Source of the DNA: a virus
Lineage: Duplodnaviria; Caudoviricetes
IMG/VR virus record: IMGVR_UViG_3300020200_000033
Coordinates: 1 to 58,902 of that record
Reading direction: 5' to 3' (one strand)
DNA length: 58,902 nucleotides
The position numbers and the translations under genes were made by a program. The notes below the pieces were generated by a model. That model was not told the origin of the DNA. It saw only the letters and a list, made by a program, of their open reading frames with translations, and searched no databases. Numbering within the stretch: position 1 is the first letter of the stretch; each line of letters starts with the position of its first letter. Shown in pieces: positions 10,498 through 20,252 of this stretch.

Positions 10498-10741
10498 GTT
10501 ATTTGTTCCAGATACTCCTCGGCAAGAGCAAGTTTGTGATGCGCTGGGTGACTTTTATGAGATTGACATCTTATTTGATGCAATCGATGAATATGTCAAA
10601 GTAAACCCCGGCCCCTTCATTGTTTTTGATTTTGCCGTACAATCTAAAAAATATATTGATCATGTGATTTTAGAAAAAAAGTCTCGTGATAATTTTATAT
10701 TTATGGTCAAGGAAACTAAAAAGAGAATGGAGTTGGAGTGA
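10430..10741 (+). CDS. Hypothetical protein upstream of helicase
   Basis: Overlaps the dnaB start by GTGA. Confidence 0.65.
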   Translation: MQSALTGQEVLQHFISCCKKRSKLFVPDTPRQEQVCDALGDFYEIDILFDAIDEYVKVNPGPFIVFDFAVQSKKYIDHVILEKKSRDNFIFMVKETKKRMELE

Positions 10742-11955
10742 ATTACGAGGTAAGACTTTTAAATGCTATTGTTGATAGCGGAAGTTATATTGATGCAATA
10801 ACTGAGGGTGCAGAAAATGTTTTTTTGGAGTATAAGGACATTTGGGGATTTATTGTTAAGCACCACGATGAGCATCAAAAGACCCCATCTAAAGACACTA
10901 TAAAGCACCATTTTCCTGATTTTGATTTTGTTGCAACGCCAGAACCCCTGAAGTATTATATTAATGAAGCCAAAAAGGAATCACTCGCCTATCAGACAAG
11001 AATGATAGTTTCTAAGTCAAATAATATCTTGAATGAACTTGGTGCAAAAGATGCCCTATCCTTTTTGATGGAGCAAACATCAAGGCTGTATAAGTTCTCT
11101 AGCAGTCTTAAAGATACCGATCTTGCTGCTGAGTGGCAAGATAGGGCAAAAGACCTACGTGAGCGTTCGGAGCGCCCAGAAAAAGATTATATGGGTATCC
11201 CAAGCGGGATTACTGTTATAGATAGAACATTTGGGGGCTGGCTACCGGGTGACTTTATTGTGTTGCTTGGATGGACAGGCGTAGGCAAATCTTTTCTTGC
11301 AAGACTATTTGCAGCAAATGCTTGGAGGGCCGGGTACAGACCGTTAATTATTTCTCTTGAAATGAACAAGCAGCAAGAGGGGCAACGCCTGGATACTTTG
11401 CTAAGCAATGGAGAAGGTCATTTTACAAACACTGACCTTGTTCGGGCGAGTGCTGAAATTGTAGACGCTTACGAAGCATGGGCAGAAAAAACATTTGAAG
11501 GCAAACACCCAATTCATCTTATAACATCAGAAGGGCTTGAAACCGCAGATCAAATGATGGTGCAGGCTAAGATTGATCAGTATCATCCAGATATGGTAAT
11601 TCTTGATTATCATAGCTTATTTGATGATGCATCCGGTGCTAAGACCGAAACTGAAAAAGCCAAGAATCTTTCTAAGGCATTTAAACGCCTTGCTGTTAAG
11701 AACGCTGTGCCAATAATAGATGTTGCTGCCGTAACAATGGCTGACGGACATTCTGAAAGACCACCGGAATTAGAAGAAGTTGCTTGGAGTAAGCAGTTGG
11801 CATACGATGCAGATTTGGTGTTGGCAATACACCGTGAGCCATCGTCAGATCTTTTTCAAATTGTCTCAAGAAAAGTAAGAAGAGCAACACACTTTGCATT
11901 TTTCTTGAGATGGAATTTAGACACTGGAAAATGGACAGAGGAGTGGGATTTCTAA
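10738..11955 (+). CDS. dnaB: DnaB-like replicative helicase
   Basis: Walker A GWTGVGKS, ISLEM, ILDY, YDADLVL. Confidence 0.92.
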   Translation: MNYEVRLLNAIVDSGSYIDAITEGAENVFLEYKDIWGFIVKHHDEHQKTPSKDTIKHHFPDFDFVATPEPLKYYINEAKKESLAYQTRMIVSKSNNILNELGAKDALSFLMEQTSRLYKFSSSLKDTDLAAEWQDRAKDLRERSERPEKDYMGIPSGITVIDRTFGGWLPGDFIVLLGWTGVGKSFLARLFAANAWRAGYRPLIISLEMNKQQEGQRLDTLLSNGEGHFTNTDLVRASAEIVDAYEAWAEKTFEGKHPIHLITSEGLETADQMMVQAKIDQYHPDMVILDYHSLFDDASGAKTETEKAKNLSKAFKRLAVKNAVPIIDVAAVTMADGHSERPPELEEVAWSKQLAYDADLVLAIHREPSSDLFQIVSRKVRRATHFAFFLRWNLDTGKWTEEWDF

Positions 11956-12134
11956 TGAATATGATACTTGAAGGCGTTGCTCGGGATATAGAAACAATTG
12001 CAAGATTGCGACCGTGGATGGAGTCTGAGGCTCGAAGAGAATACGGTGACTTGGGAGAAAGCAAACTAATAACAGACTATGATAAAAACCAAAACTTATT
12101 TAGATTTAAAATCATTTTCGCAAATGAGTCTTAA
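11955..12134 (+). CDS. Hypothetical protein
   Basis: TAATG coupling with the helicase stop. Confidence 0.6.
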   Translation: MNMILEGVARDIETIARLRPWMESEARREYGDLGESKLITDYDKNQNLFRFKIIFANES

Positions 12135-13020
12135 AAATCAAATAGATACGCTATTTAAAGAATATCATATTGATATTCGTGCGCACAGCGGTGATGAATA
12201 TATTATTTTTTGTCCATTTCACAAGAATGTAAATACGCCATCTTTTTATATAAATTCCAAGACTGGTTTATGGCAGTGTTTTAATCCGTCTTGTGGTAAA
12301 AAAGGTAATTTTAGACAACTGTTTAGACATATTGCTGGGCGTTCTTTTAATTCATCAATTAAAATTGACCCCGTTGAGTTACAGAAGCGAATTGACGCTG
12401 GCTTCATTGAGCAAAAAGAAGATATACTCAATTTGTCAGCAATAGAGATTGATTACACCAGCGATGAGCAGATACAAAAAATTCAGCCGTTTGTTAAGCG
12501 CGGACTTTCGATAAGTACATTAAAATACTTTGAGATTGGGTTCTCAAATGCCAAATCTAGGATAGTAATTCCTGTTAGAGATCATCAGTATAAGGTTGTT
12601 GGCTTTATAGGTCGAGCAATTAACGAAGACCAAGAGCCAAGATATTTATACAATAAGGGATTTAAAAGAGCAGATGTCTTATTTAATCTACAAAATGCAA
12701 AGCATTATTCGGATGTGATTGTTGTTGAGGGTAGCGTTGACGCAATGAAAGTCTACGAGGCTGGATTTCCCAATGTTGTTGCGACTCTTGGGGCACAAGT
12801 TTCAGAATACCAAGCCTTTTTATTGCGAAAATATTTTGATGCCATTATAATTTTTTCTGACAATGATAGCGCTGGAGACGCTATGCGAGGTGCTATAATA
12901 GGTCTGTGCCGTGGAAAGAATATTTACACGACACAAATACCGCCGGGGCATAAAGATCCTGGTGATATGAATGCAATAGAAATACAAAATATCATAAATA
13001 ACAAACAAATTACATTATAG
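12124..13020 (+). CDS. dnaG: DnaG-type primase (CHC2 Zn finger + TOPRIM)
   Basis: CPFH..TPSF..CF..C; VVEGSVDA; FSDNDSAG; KDPGD. Confidence 0.92.
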   Translation: MSLKNQIDTLFKEYHIDIRAHSGDEYIIFCPFHKNVNTPSFYINSKTGLWQCFNPSCGKKGNFRQLFRHIAGRSFNSSIKIDPVELQKRIDAGFIEQKEDILNLSAIEIDYTSDEQIQKIQPFVKRGLSISTLKYFEIGFSNAKSRIVIPVRDHQYKVVGFIGRAINEDQEPRYLYNKGFKRADVLFNLQNAKHYSDVIVVEGSVDAMKVYEAGFPNVVATLGAQVSEYQAFLLRKYFDAIIIFSDNDSAGDAMRGAIIGLCRGKNIYTTQIPPGHKDPGDMNAIEIQNIINNKQITL

Positions 13021-13028
13021 GAGAAAAC

Positions 13029-13673
13029 ATGTCATTTACATCAGTTAAAACATTAAAAGACTTGGAGAAGCAAGTCGTACCAACAGGAAAGTCATCGGGA
13101 GCCAAGAAGTTCTTCTCGCTTCAATCTGGCGACTCGTTCAAAATTAGATTCCTTCAGGAACTAACAGAAGATGGCGCAAATTACAATGAAAAGGTTGGAA
13201 CAGCAATTACGGTTCCGGTCATTGTTTCGCCAATCAACTGGAAGTGGAAGGTTGCATCTACGGCATCACTTGAAAAGTATAACTATAGATGCTGGGGTAC
13301 TGAGCAATCAGTTCAAGACAAGGCGTGGAGATCAAAGCCACACTTGCTAGTGAATGTTGCTGTTGAGGTTGAGCCAAATAAATGGGAGGCTCGCGTCCTT
13401 GATACAACATTTAATCAGCGACACATTGGATTGACCCTGCTTGAATATGCCAAAGAATTTAGTACGATTACAGATAGATACTATAAATATTCTCGTACTG
13501 GTTCTGGGGCATCGGATACAAACTATAGCTTAATTCCTTTGGCTATAGGGGAGCAAAACGATCAAATTAAGCAACTTGTTATGCATGATCTTAACAATGT
13601 TTATATGACATTGCCATATGAAAAGCAACAGGTTTTTTTAACAACTGGCGAATTGAGCAAGGATAGCTGGTAA
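13029..13673 (+). CDS. Probable ssDNA-binding protein (gp32-like)
   Basis: KIRFLQELTED..ITDRYYKYSRTGSGASDTNYSLIP; follows primase; strong RBS. Confidence 0.65.
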   Translation: MSFTSVKTLKDLEKQVVPTGKSSGAKKFFSLQSGDSFKIRFLQELTEDGANYNEKVGTAITVPVIVSPINWKWKVASTASLEKYNYRCWGTEQSVQDKAWRSKPHLLVNVAVEVEPNKWEARVLDTTFNQRHIGLTLLEYAKEFSTITDRYYKYSRTGSGASDTNYSLIPLAIGEQNDQIKQLVMHDLNNVYMTLPYEKQQVFLTTGELSKDSW

Positions 13674-13681
13674 AACCAGCA

Positions 13682-13754
<73 letters not shown>

Positions 13755-13765
13755 CAAAGGAAAAA

Positions 13766-14305
13766 ATGAAACACGTTAACAAAGCGATTGTGATGGACCT
13801 TGATGGTGTCATTGCTGACATCGCAACTTCGCTAGAAGATGTTTTATTTGCCCTAGGTGATATAAAAGAAGGCAATTTTCAGGAATGGATTATTGGGAAT
13901 ACCAAGAATAAGGATATTCTAAAAATTTATAATGATCCATTATTTTGGAAAAATATGAAACCCTACTTTGATGCGTGGCATCAGGTAAACTACTGGTTCA
14001 GTCTTGGTTATGCAATTAATGTTATTACTGCCAGAAGGCAGCCGAATGCCGTACAAGAGACACTTCCTTGGTTGGAAAATTGGAACATAAATACTGCTAT
14101 GCCAATCTTTTGTGATTTGGGTGAAAAGATTAACTATATTCAAAAAATTGACCCAATTTTTGTTGTAGAGGACAATCCATTTGAAATTGAAATAATAGAA
14201 GCATCGGGGGTGAAATGCTATTTAAGGGCACAATTTTATAACCAAAAATATTGGAATGATTTTAATACCATTGAGTCACTATTTGAAATTAATCTGGAGG
14301 ATTAG
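13766..14305 (+). CDS. HAD-family 5'(3')-nucleotidase
   Basis: MDLDGVIAD, VITAR, VEDNP motifs. Confidence 0.8.
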   Translation: MKHVNKAIVMDLDGVIADIATSLEDVLFALGDIKEGNFQEWIIGNTKNKDILKIYNDPLFWKNMKPYFDAWHQVNYWFSLGYAINVITARRQPNAVQETLPWLENWNINTAMPIFCDLGEKINYIQKIDPIFVVEDNPFEIEIIEASGVKCYLRAQFYNQKYWNDFNTIESLFEINLED

Positions 14306-17300
14306 TGAGCAACTTTGTTCACCTTCACTGCCATTCTGAATACTCGTTGCTGGATGGGATGTCAACGCCAGAAGAGATTGCTAAAATTACAAGCACAAAT
14401 GGGCAGTATGCTGCCGCAATTACAGATCATGGCTCAATGGCCGGCGTATTGAGATTTCAAAACGCATGTGAAAAAACAAAAGTAAAACCGCTGTTTGGTG
14501 TAGAGGCATATTTTACTCCAGCAATAGAAAAAGATGGTGAGGGTAAACACGAACGGCATCATTTGATTTTATTGGCAAAAACAAATGAGGGGCTTGAGAA
14601 ATTATTTAAGATGTCCAAAATTGGCTGGACAAACAACTTTTACTACAAACCAAGAATTGATTTTTCAACACTTGAAGAAATGGTTGATGGAGACATAATT
14701 GCCCTGTCTGGTTGTATGGCAAGCACTGTTTGTAGGGCGCTAGAGGCAGACAATTATTCTCTAGCAGAACAGGCTTCTGAGCGGTTTATAAAAATCTTTA
14801 AAGATGATTTTTATTATGAAATGCAGGCTTGGAATAGCAAAAAGATTAATGATGGAATAATTAACCTAGCCAGTTCTTTTGGTAAAAAAATCGTGGCGAC
14901 TGCAGACTGTCATTTTCCCAATGTTCACGACAAGGGATGTGAAGAAGTATTGCTATGCGTTTCTCAATATCCCAGTTTTTCTCCAGCAGAATTAAGGCAT
15001 GCAACAGAGCAGGCTGAAAAGTTTGACAAGCACGAAAAGGATTTGTTGAAAAAGATTAACATCATGTATCCAGATCGTCAATTGCGATTTGATAGTATCA
15101 ATCCATATCTTGCCAAAGCAGAAGAGATTGCGGGATGGTTTAAAACCGCCGGGTACGATATCCCAGACACTATAGAAAATACCTTGGAAGTAGCCGAAAA
15201 ATGTACTGCCAAAATCCAAAAACGGCGTAATCTATTGCCAAAGTATATGAAGTCACTTAATTCCGACGATTATCTGAAAGAAATGGCAGAATTTAGGCTA
15301 AAAGAACTTGGTCTGGGTCAAGAGTATAAAGACAGGCTGGCTACAGAGTTAGATACGATTAAACAACTTGGATTTGCCGATTACTTTTTGATTGTGTGGG
15401 ACTTGGTAAAATGGGCTGACAACAACAATATTGGTAGGGGTACAGGCCGAGGCTCGGTGGGCGGTAGTATTTTGGCCTTTTTATTGGATATAACAAAGGT
15501 TGATCCCATCAAATATAGTCTGCTTTTTTCACGATTTATCAATGCCGAACGAAACGACTACCCCGATATTGACTTAGACTTTGAAGATAAGCGCCGGATT
15601 GAGGTTCGGTCATATTTGATTGAGCGCTGGGGGCGTGAAAATGTGGCGGCAATTACCACTTATGGTACATTTAAGCCCAAGAGTGCGGTAAAAGACGTTG
15701 CCAGGGTGCTACAGGTTCCATACAAGGAAACCAACAACATCACCCCATTTTTTGAAACAATTGAGGAATTGCAATCGACGGAAAAGGGCAAGTTGTTTTG
15801 CTCCAAATATCCCGATGTGCCACGGCTTGCAAAGCGTCTTGAGGGTCGTGTTCGTAATGCTGGCGTACACGCTGCCGGTATGGTCGTTTCGTCAATCCCG
15901 CTAACGCAGGTATGCCCAATTGAAACACGCAAGGATACTGACGGAGGTGGGCGTACCGTTGTAACGGCATTTGATATGACCGACGCAGAAGCGGTTGGGC
16001 TTATAAAAATAGATATTCTGGGTCTCAAGACGGTATCTGTGATTAAAGACGCTCTAGCGATGATTAGGAAGCGTTATGGGCTTGATGTGGAGTCGGTTTC
16101 GCTTGGGCTGGATGATCCAAGCGTTTATGAAAACTTTAACAATGGCAACACGGTTGGCGTATTCCAGACCGATGCCGCTGCTTATCGTAATCTTATTGAA
16201 AGAATGGGGATTGATAGTTTCAACGATCTTGTGGTGTCAAACGCGCTGGTTAGACCCGGCGCTTTGTTGTCGCAGGGGGAGAAGTATATTGAGCGCAAGA
16301 AGGGCTTCAAGCCAGCTTCTTATCCTGATAAGTCGGTACAAGAGATATTGAAAGAAACATACGGCACAGTTATTTTCCAAGAACAGTTGATGCAAATGTC
16401 AGTCAGCCTGTCAGGATTTACTTGGTCAGAAGCTGACAAGTTGCGTAAAATTATTGGTAAAAAGCGTGACGCTGCTGAATTTGAGCAATTTAAAGATAAA
16501 TTCATCAATAACTCAATTATTTCTAAGCCGGAAGCTAGGCAGATATGGAAAGAGTTTGAATTATCGGCTCTTTATATGTTCAATAAATCTCATGCGGTTG
16601 CCTATTCGATGCTTTCATATCAAACGATGTGGTTAAAGGTACATTATCCATCTGAGTATCTATGGGCTCTTTTGTACAATGAGGATGTTGGTGAAAAGAT
16701 TACAGCCTATCTCATGGAGGCGCAGAGGCTTAATATCCCAATTTTACCACCAGATGTTAATCTGTCGGATGAATTCTTTACAATTGATTATTCGGCCGAA
16801 AAGACAGCAATCCGATTTGGTCTTTCAAATGTATTGTCTTGTGGTAAAGCCGCAATCAATGAAATTTTGTCAAAACGACCATTTACCTGTTATGACGAAT
16901 TTGATGCCAAGTGTTCAAAGAGTGCAGTAAAGAAGCCCTTGCGAGAAAACTTTGATAAAGTTGGGGCGTTTCAATCCCTTGGATATATTTCGCAATATCA
17001 ACATAACAGATATTATTTGCCAATTTTAGGATTTTCTATTGGTGATACAGAAGCGAATGAAATTGATGTAATCTTAGACAAACTTTGTAATTTTCATGAA
17101 ACAAATTCTCCATTGATGTTAATCAAGGCAGTTGTTAGATCTACTAAAAAAACACCTCAATATCTTCGTGTTGAATTGGAAGACATATCTGGTTCTGCAA
17201 CGATATTTGCAGAAAGGAATACGGAACTTTCAACTAGGGATTATGTCTATGCGCTTATCGGTGATAGAACGCTGCATGGATTTTGTGATGCTTACAACTA

Positions 17301-17694
17301 TGTAGATACACAATTGCATAATTTTATCAAGTTAAAAATGCAGGGTAAGAATCATAAGTACGCATGGTTATACAATCATGGAATTGGTGGCATGAGTGAT
17401 GAAAAAACTTTGCTTTATATTTTTAATCTTAGAATATTTAAAACAGCAAAAGGCTTTGAGATGTGCAACATTTATTGCTGGGATGGCGAGAACATGTTTA
17501 AGATTGTTGTTTTTGCCTCGGTGCTAAAAAAGATTAAATTAATTATCAAGCCTAACGCATGGTTTGCTGCTAAAATTGAAAAAGTTGATGAAAAGAATCC
17601 CCTGGTTCAGATCGACTCATTCAAACTGTCGTCCGGCGATGGATTAATAACCGTTGATGATTTTATAAAAAGAAAGAATTTGGCTAAGGTATGA
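14305..17694 (+). CDS. dnaE: DNA polymerase III alpha subunit
   Basis: PHP HLHCHSEYSLLDG; GRGS; PDIDLDF; HAAG; KIDILGL; FNKSHA. Confidence 0.97.
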   Translation: MSNFVHLHCHSEYSLLDGMSTPEEIAKITSTNGQYAAAITDHGSMAGVLRFQNACEKTKVKPLFGVEAYFTPAIEKDGEGKHERHHLILLAKTNEGLEKLFKMSKIGWTNNFYYKPRIDFSTLEEMVDGDIIALSGCMASTVCRALEADNYSLAEQASERFIKIFKDDFYYEMQAWNSKKINDGIINLASSFGKKIVATADCHFPNVHDKGCEEVLLCVSQYPSFSPAELRHATEQAEKFDKHEKDLLKKINIMYPDRQLRFDSINPYLAKAEEIAGWFKTAGYDIPDTIENTLEVAEKCTAKIQKRRNLLPKYMKSLNSDDYLKEMAEFRLKELGLGQEYKDRLATELDTIKQLGFADYFLIVWDLVKWADNNNIGRGTGRGSVGGSILAFLLDITKVDPIKYSLLFSRFINAERNDYPDIDLDFEDKRRIEVRSYLIERWGRENVAAITTYGTFKPKSAVKDVARVLQVPYKETNNITPFFETIEELQSTEKGKLFCSKYPDVPRLAKRLEGRVRNAGVHAAGMVVSSIPLTQVCPIETRKDTDGGGRTVVTAFDMTDAEAVGLIKIDILGLKTVSVIKDALAMIRKRYGLDVESVSLGLDDPSVYENFNNGNTVGVFQTDAAAYRNLIERMGIDSFNDLVVSNALVRPGALLSQGEKYIERKKGFKPASYPDKSVQEILKETYGTVIFQEQLMQMSVSLSGFTWSEADKLRKIIGKKRDAAEFEQFKDKFINNSIISKPEARQIWKEFELSALYMFNKSHAVAYSMLSYQTMWLKVHYPSEYLWALLYNEDVGEKITAYLMEAQRLNIPILPPDVNLSDEFFTIDYSAEKTAIRFGLSNVLSCGKAAINEILSKRPFTCYDEFDAKCSKSAVKKPLRENFDKVGAFQSLGYISQYQHNRYYLPILGFSIGDTEANEIDVILDKLCNFHETNSPLMLIKAVVRSTKKTPQYLRVELEDISGSATIFAERNTELSTRDYVYALIGDRTLHGFCDAYNYVDTQLHNFIKLKMQGKNHKYAWLYNHGIGGMSDEKTLLYIFNLRIFKTAKGFEMCNIYCWDGENMFKIVVFASVLKKIKLIIKPNAWFAAKIEKVDEKNPLVQIDSFKLSSGDGLITVDDFIKRKNLAKV

Positions 17695-18419
17695 AATATA
17701 CGCATAAAGTATTTCACTTGGATGAGCATATTGAAAGAGAAAAATTCTATAAATCTATAAATAACTACATTAGTCAATATTCTTCTGAACTTGATGTGTC
17801 AACAATTAAAATTTCGTGCAAAGAAGATTTGGAAAACTATTATAAGAATTCAAATATTAGATTTACAAATGAAGGTTATTATGAATGCAATGCATTTGGT
17901 TGGAAATACAGTGAATTTGGTATATGGGCAAGCAATGTAAACGCATATAAAAAATTTCTCGAAACCGATTCAGATTATTTAATTTTGATGGAAGACGACA
18001 TTGTATATATTGATGGATTTTTTGAAAATCTTGTATTGTATATGTCGCAACTCCCAGATGCTTGGGATGCATTTTTTTATTACAACCCAAGTCATTATGA
18101 TGACGAGGTGTGTTTCTCTCCATTTGACACCAACCCATTACCATCGGTTGCTTCGGGTGTGTCGTCAAATAATTCAGATATATGCGAAGTTTACCAAAAT
18201 TGGTCAATGTTATGCTATATAATAAATAGAAGGTCTGCAAAAAAAATACTAGATGATGTTACGGTTAATCCAATCAATCTTCCATTAGACCATTATTTTT
18301 TACGGCAGCGCAAAAAATACAATTCATATACGATTGCAAAGAAATCTAAAATGTATTGTAATCTGGCAATGTTGGAATCAACATTTCAACATAGACAAAA
18401 AAGAGAGGTGTTAAGCTGA
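17691..18419 (+). CDS. Glycosyltransferase family 25-like
   Basis: EFGIWAS..LILMEDD..CYIINRRSAKKIL..PLD. Confidence 0.75.
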   Translation: MKYTHKVFHLDEHIEREKFYKSINNYISQYSSELDVSTIKISCKEDLENYYKNSNIRFTNEGYYECNAFGWKYSEFGIWASNVNAYKKFLETDSDYLILMEDDIVYIDGFFENLVLYMSQLPDAWDAFFYYNPSHYDDEVCFSPFDTNPLPSVASGVSSNNSDICEVYQNWSMLCYIINRRSAKKILDDVTVNPINLPLDHYFLRQRKKYNSYTIAKKSKMYCNLAMLESTFQHRQKREVLS

Positions 18420-18427
18420 GTAGAGAA

Positions 18428-19033
18428 TTGGCAGAAAAACTTCCTAACTGGTTTCTTGGAAATCAAACTGAAAAAGATTTTGAAAGACTGCTTTTAGAAT
18501 TTAAGGGTAAGCCCGATCTCCAATTTTTAGAAATTGGTTCATTTTGTGGTAATAGTGCTGCGTGGATGATGGGTAATATATTGACAGACCCATCATGTAG
18601 ACTTACATGCGTCGATCCCTGGAATGGCAATATAGCCCATGAAATATTTAGTTTTGCGGATGTTGAAGCAGCATTTGATCAACAACTTGAGCCATATAAG
18701 GATAGATTGATTAAGCATAAAATGTATAGCGAAGATTATCTCATGAGAAATAGAGATAAACAATTTGACTTTATTTATATTGATGGAGACCATATGCCGC
18801 AGGCATTCATGCTTGATGCTTTGCTTTCATGGGAATTGCTAAAACGGGGTGGAATAATGGCAATTGACGATTATGCATGGAGTCATCCACGTGGTGAAAG
18901 GTATAATCCAAAACAATCAATGGATTTATTTGTCAGCATGTATTCAGAGCATTGCGTTATTCTTGAAAAAAGATGGCAAATCTGGATCAGAAAAAATTCT
19001 AATTATATTAGACCAGAACACATACACGAATAA
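18428..19033 (+). CDS. Class I SAM methyltransferase (Methyltransf_24-like)
   Basis: LEIGSFCG, VDPW, FDFIYIDGDH, LKRGGIMAIDDY. Confidence 0.85.
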   Translation: MAEKLPNWFLGNQTEKDFERLLLEFKGKPDLQFLEIGSFCGNSAAWMMGNILTDPSCRLTCVDPWNGNIAHEIFSFADVEAAFDQQLEPYKDRLIKHKMYSEDYLMRNRDKQFDFIYIDGDHMPQAFMLDALLSWELLKRGGIMAIDDYAWSHPRGERYNPKQSMDLFVSMYSEHCVILEKRWQIWIRKNSNYIRPEHIHE

Positions 19034-19041
19034 GGAGATAT

Positions 19042-19956
19042 ATGTTAGTTGTAGATAAGCGCAAAGGCGATAGAATGCCAGTGCATGAGGTTATTCCAAC
19101 CCCAAGCATTGGATTGAATAGAGCACTAGGCGGTGGATTGCATACCGGGGCAAGTCATTTATTCTGGGGAACGCCATCTGTTGGTAAAACAACTATGTGT
19201 TTTAGAATTATTGCTGTGGCGCAAAAGATGGGTTATAGGCCGGTTATCGTTGATTCTGAATCATCGTATAATGACAAGTATGCAACCAAATGTGATATTA
19301 ATGTTGACGACATTGTTGTGGTTCAGTCAACTGTTGTTGAAGATATTTTAAAAAATATCTATGATTTCTTGATCCATCCAGAAGAAAAGCATATTTTCTT
19401 GTTTGATAGTATTTCTAATATTATCAAGGAAGAATTTTATGATAAGCCAGAAGGTGGCAAGGCAATGGGTCTTCAAGCAAGATCGCAAGGTTTCTTTTTG
19501 CAAAAACTAGTAAACTATTTACACAAAGAAAAAAATATCATGTTATTCGTTGCCCATCAAACAGTAGATCTCAGTGGTATGTTTGCTGTAACCAAAGGCA
19601 AGATTAGTAATACTGTCCATCACAACATGCATAGCATTGTCAAATTGTTTCTTTCAATGTCAAAAAACGAAATGGAAAGGGATGATAGCAATCTGATTAC
19701 AAGTCAAAAAGCAACTTGGACTATTGAAAAATCAAAACAAACACCAAGTATTGGAACTGCCGGATATTATTATGTTTTACCACAAGAGGGCAAGATTGAT
19801 ATGGACAGAGAACTTATTGACATTGCTGTGGATTCTGGTATCATTCAAAGAAAGGGTGCTTGGTATACCTATGGCGAAAGTAAATGGAATGGCCTTGCAT
19901 CTATAGATTTATCTTCTCATCAAAAAGAAGCGATTGAAAAGGTTATTTTGTCTTGA
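19042..19956 (+). CDS. recA: RecA-like recombinase
   Basis: TPSIGLNRALGGG, GTPSVGKTT, VDSE, IQRKGAWY. Confidence 0.9.
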   Translation: MLVVDKRKGDRMPVHEVIPTPSIGLNRALGGGLHTGASHLFWGTPSVGKTTMCFRIIAVAQKMGYRPVIVDSESSYNDKYATKCDINVDDIVVVQSTVVEDILKNIYDFLIHPEEKHIFLFDSISNIIKEEFYDKPEGGKAMGLQARSQGFFLQKLVNYLHKEKNIMLFVAHQTVDLSGMFAVTKGKISNTVHHNMHSIVKLFLSMSKNEMERDDSNLITSQKATWTIEKSKQTPSIGTAGYYYVLPQEGKIDMDRELIDIAVDSGIIQRKGAWYTYGESKWNGLASIDLSSHQKEAIEKVILS

Positions 19957-20252
19957 AAAGAACAGAGAGGGAAGAAATAAAGAAAGACAAGGCGGATGGT
20001 GTTAAGAATTCAGGGCGTGGTGTTAAAAAGGGAGATGCAACCTTGAATAAATTTCTTGTTGACTACAAACACAATAAAAAAACATTTACGCTTACTCTTG
20101 AAAATTGGCTTGAGCACCGTAAAAATTCTTGGAATTCAAACTATCGTTATCCCTGCATTTCTGTTGTATTTGGCGAACATTCCGAGACCAAAGTTGCTAT
20201 AGTGGAGTGGGATGTGTTCAGAGAGCTTATAAAAGGATCAGATTATGAATAA
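19953..20252 (+). CDS. PD-(D/E)XK Holliday junction resolvase-like protein
   Basis: KNSGRG..KGDA..LVDYK; follows recA. Confidence 0.65.
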   Translation: MKRTEREEIKKDKADGVKNSGRGVKKGDATLNKFLVDYKHNKKTFTLTLENWLEHRKNSWNSNYRYPCISVVFGEHSETKVAIVEWDVFRELIKGSDYE

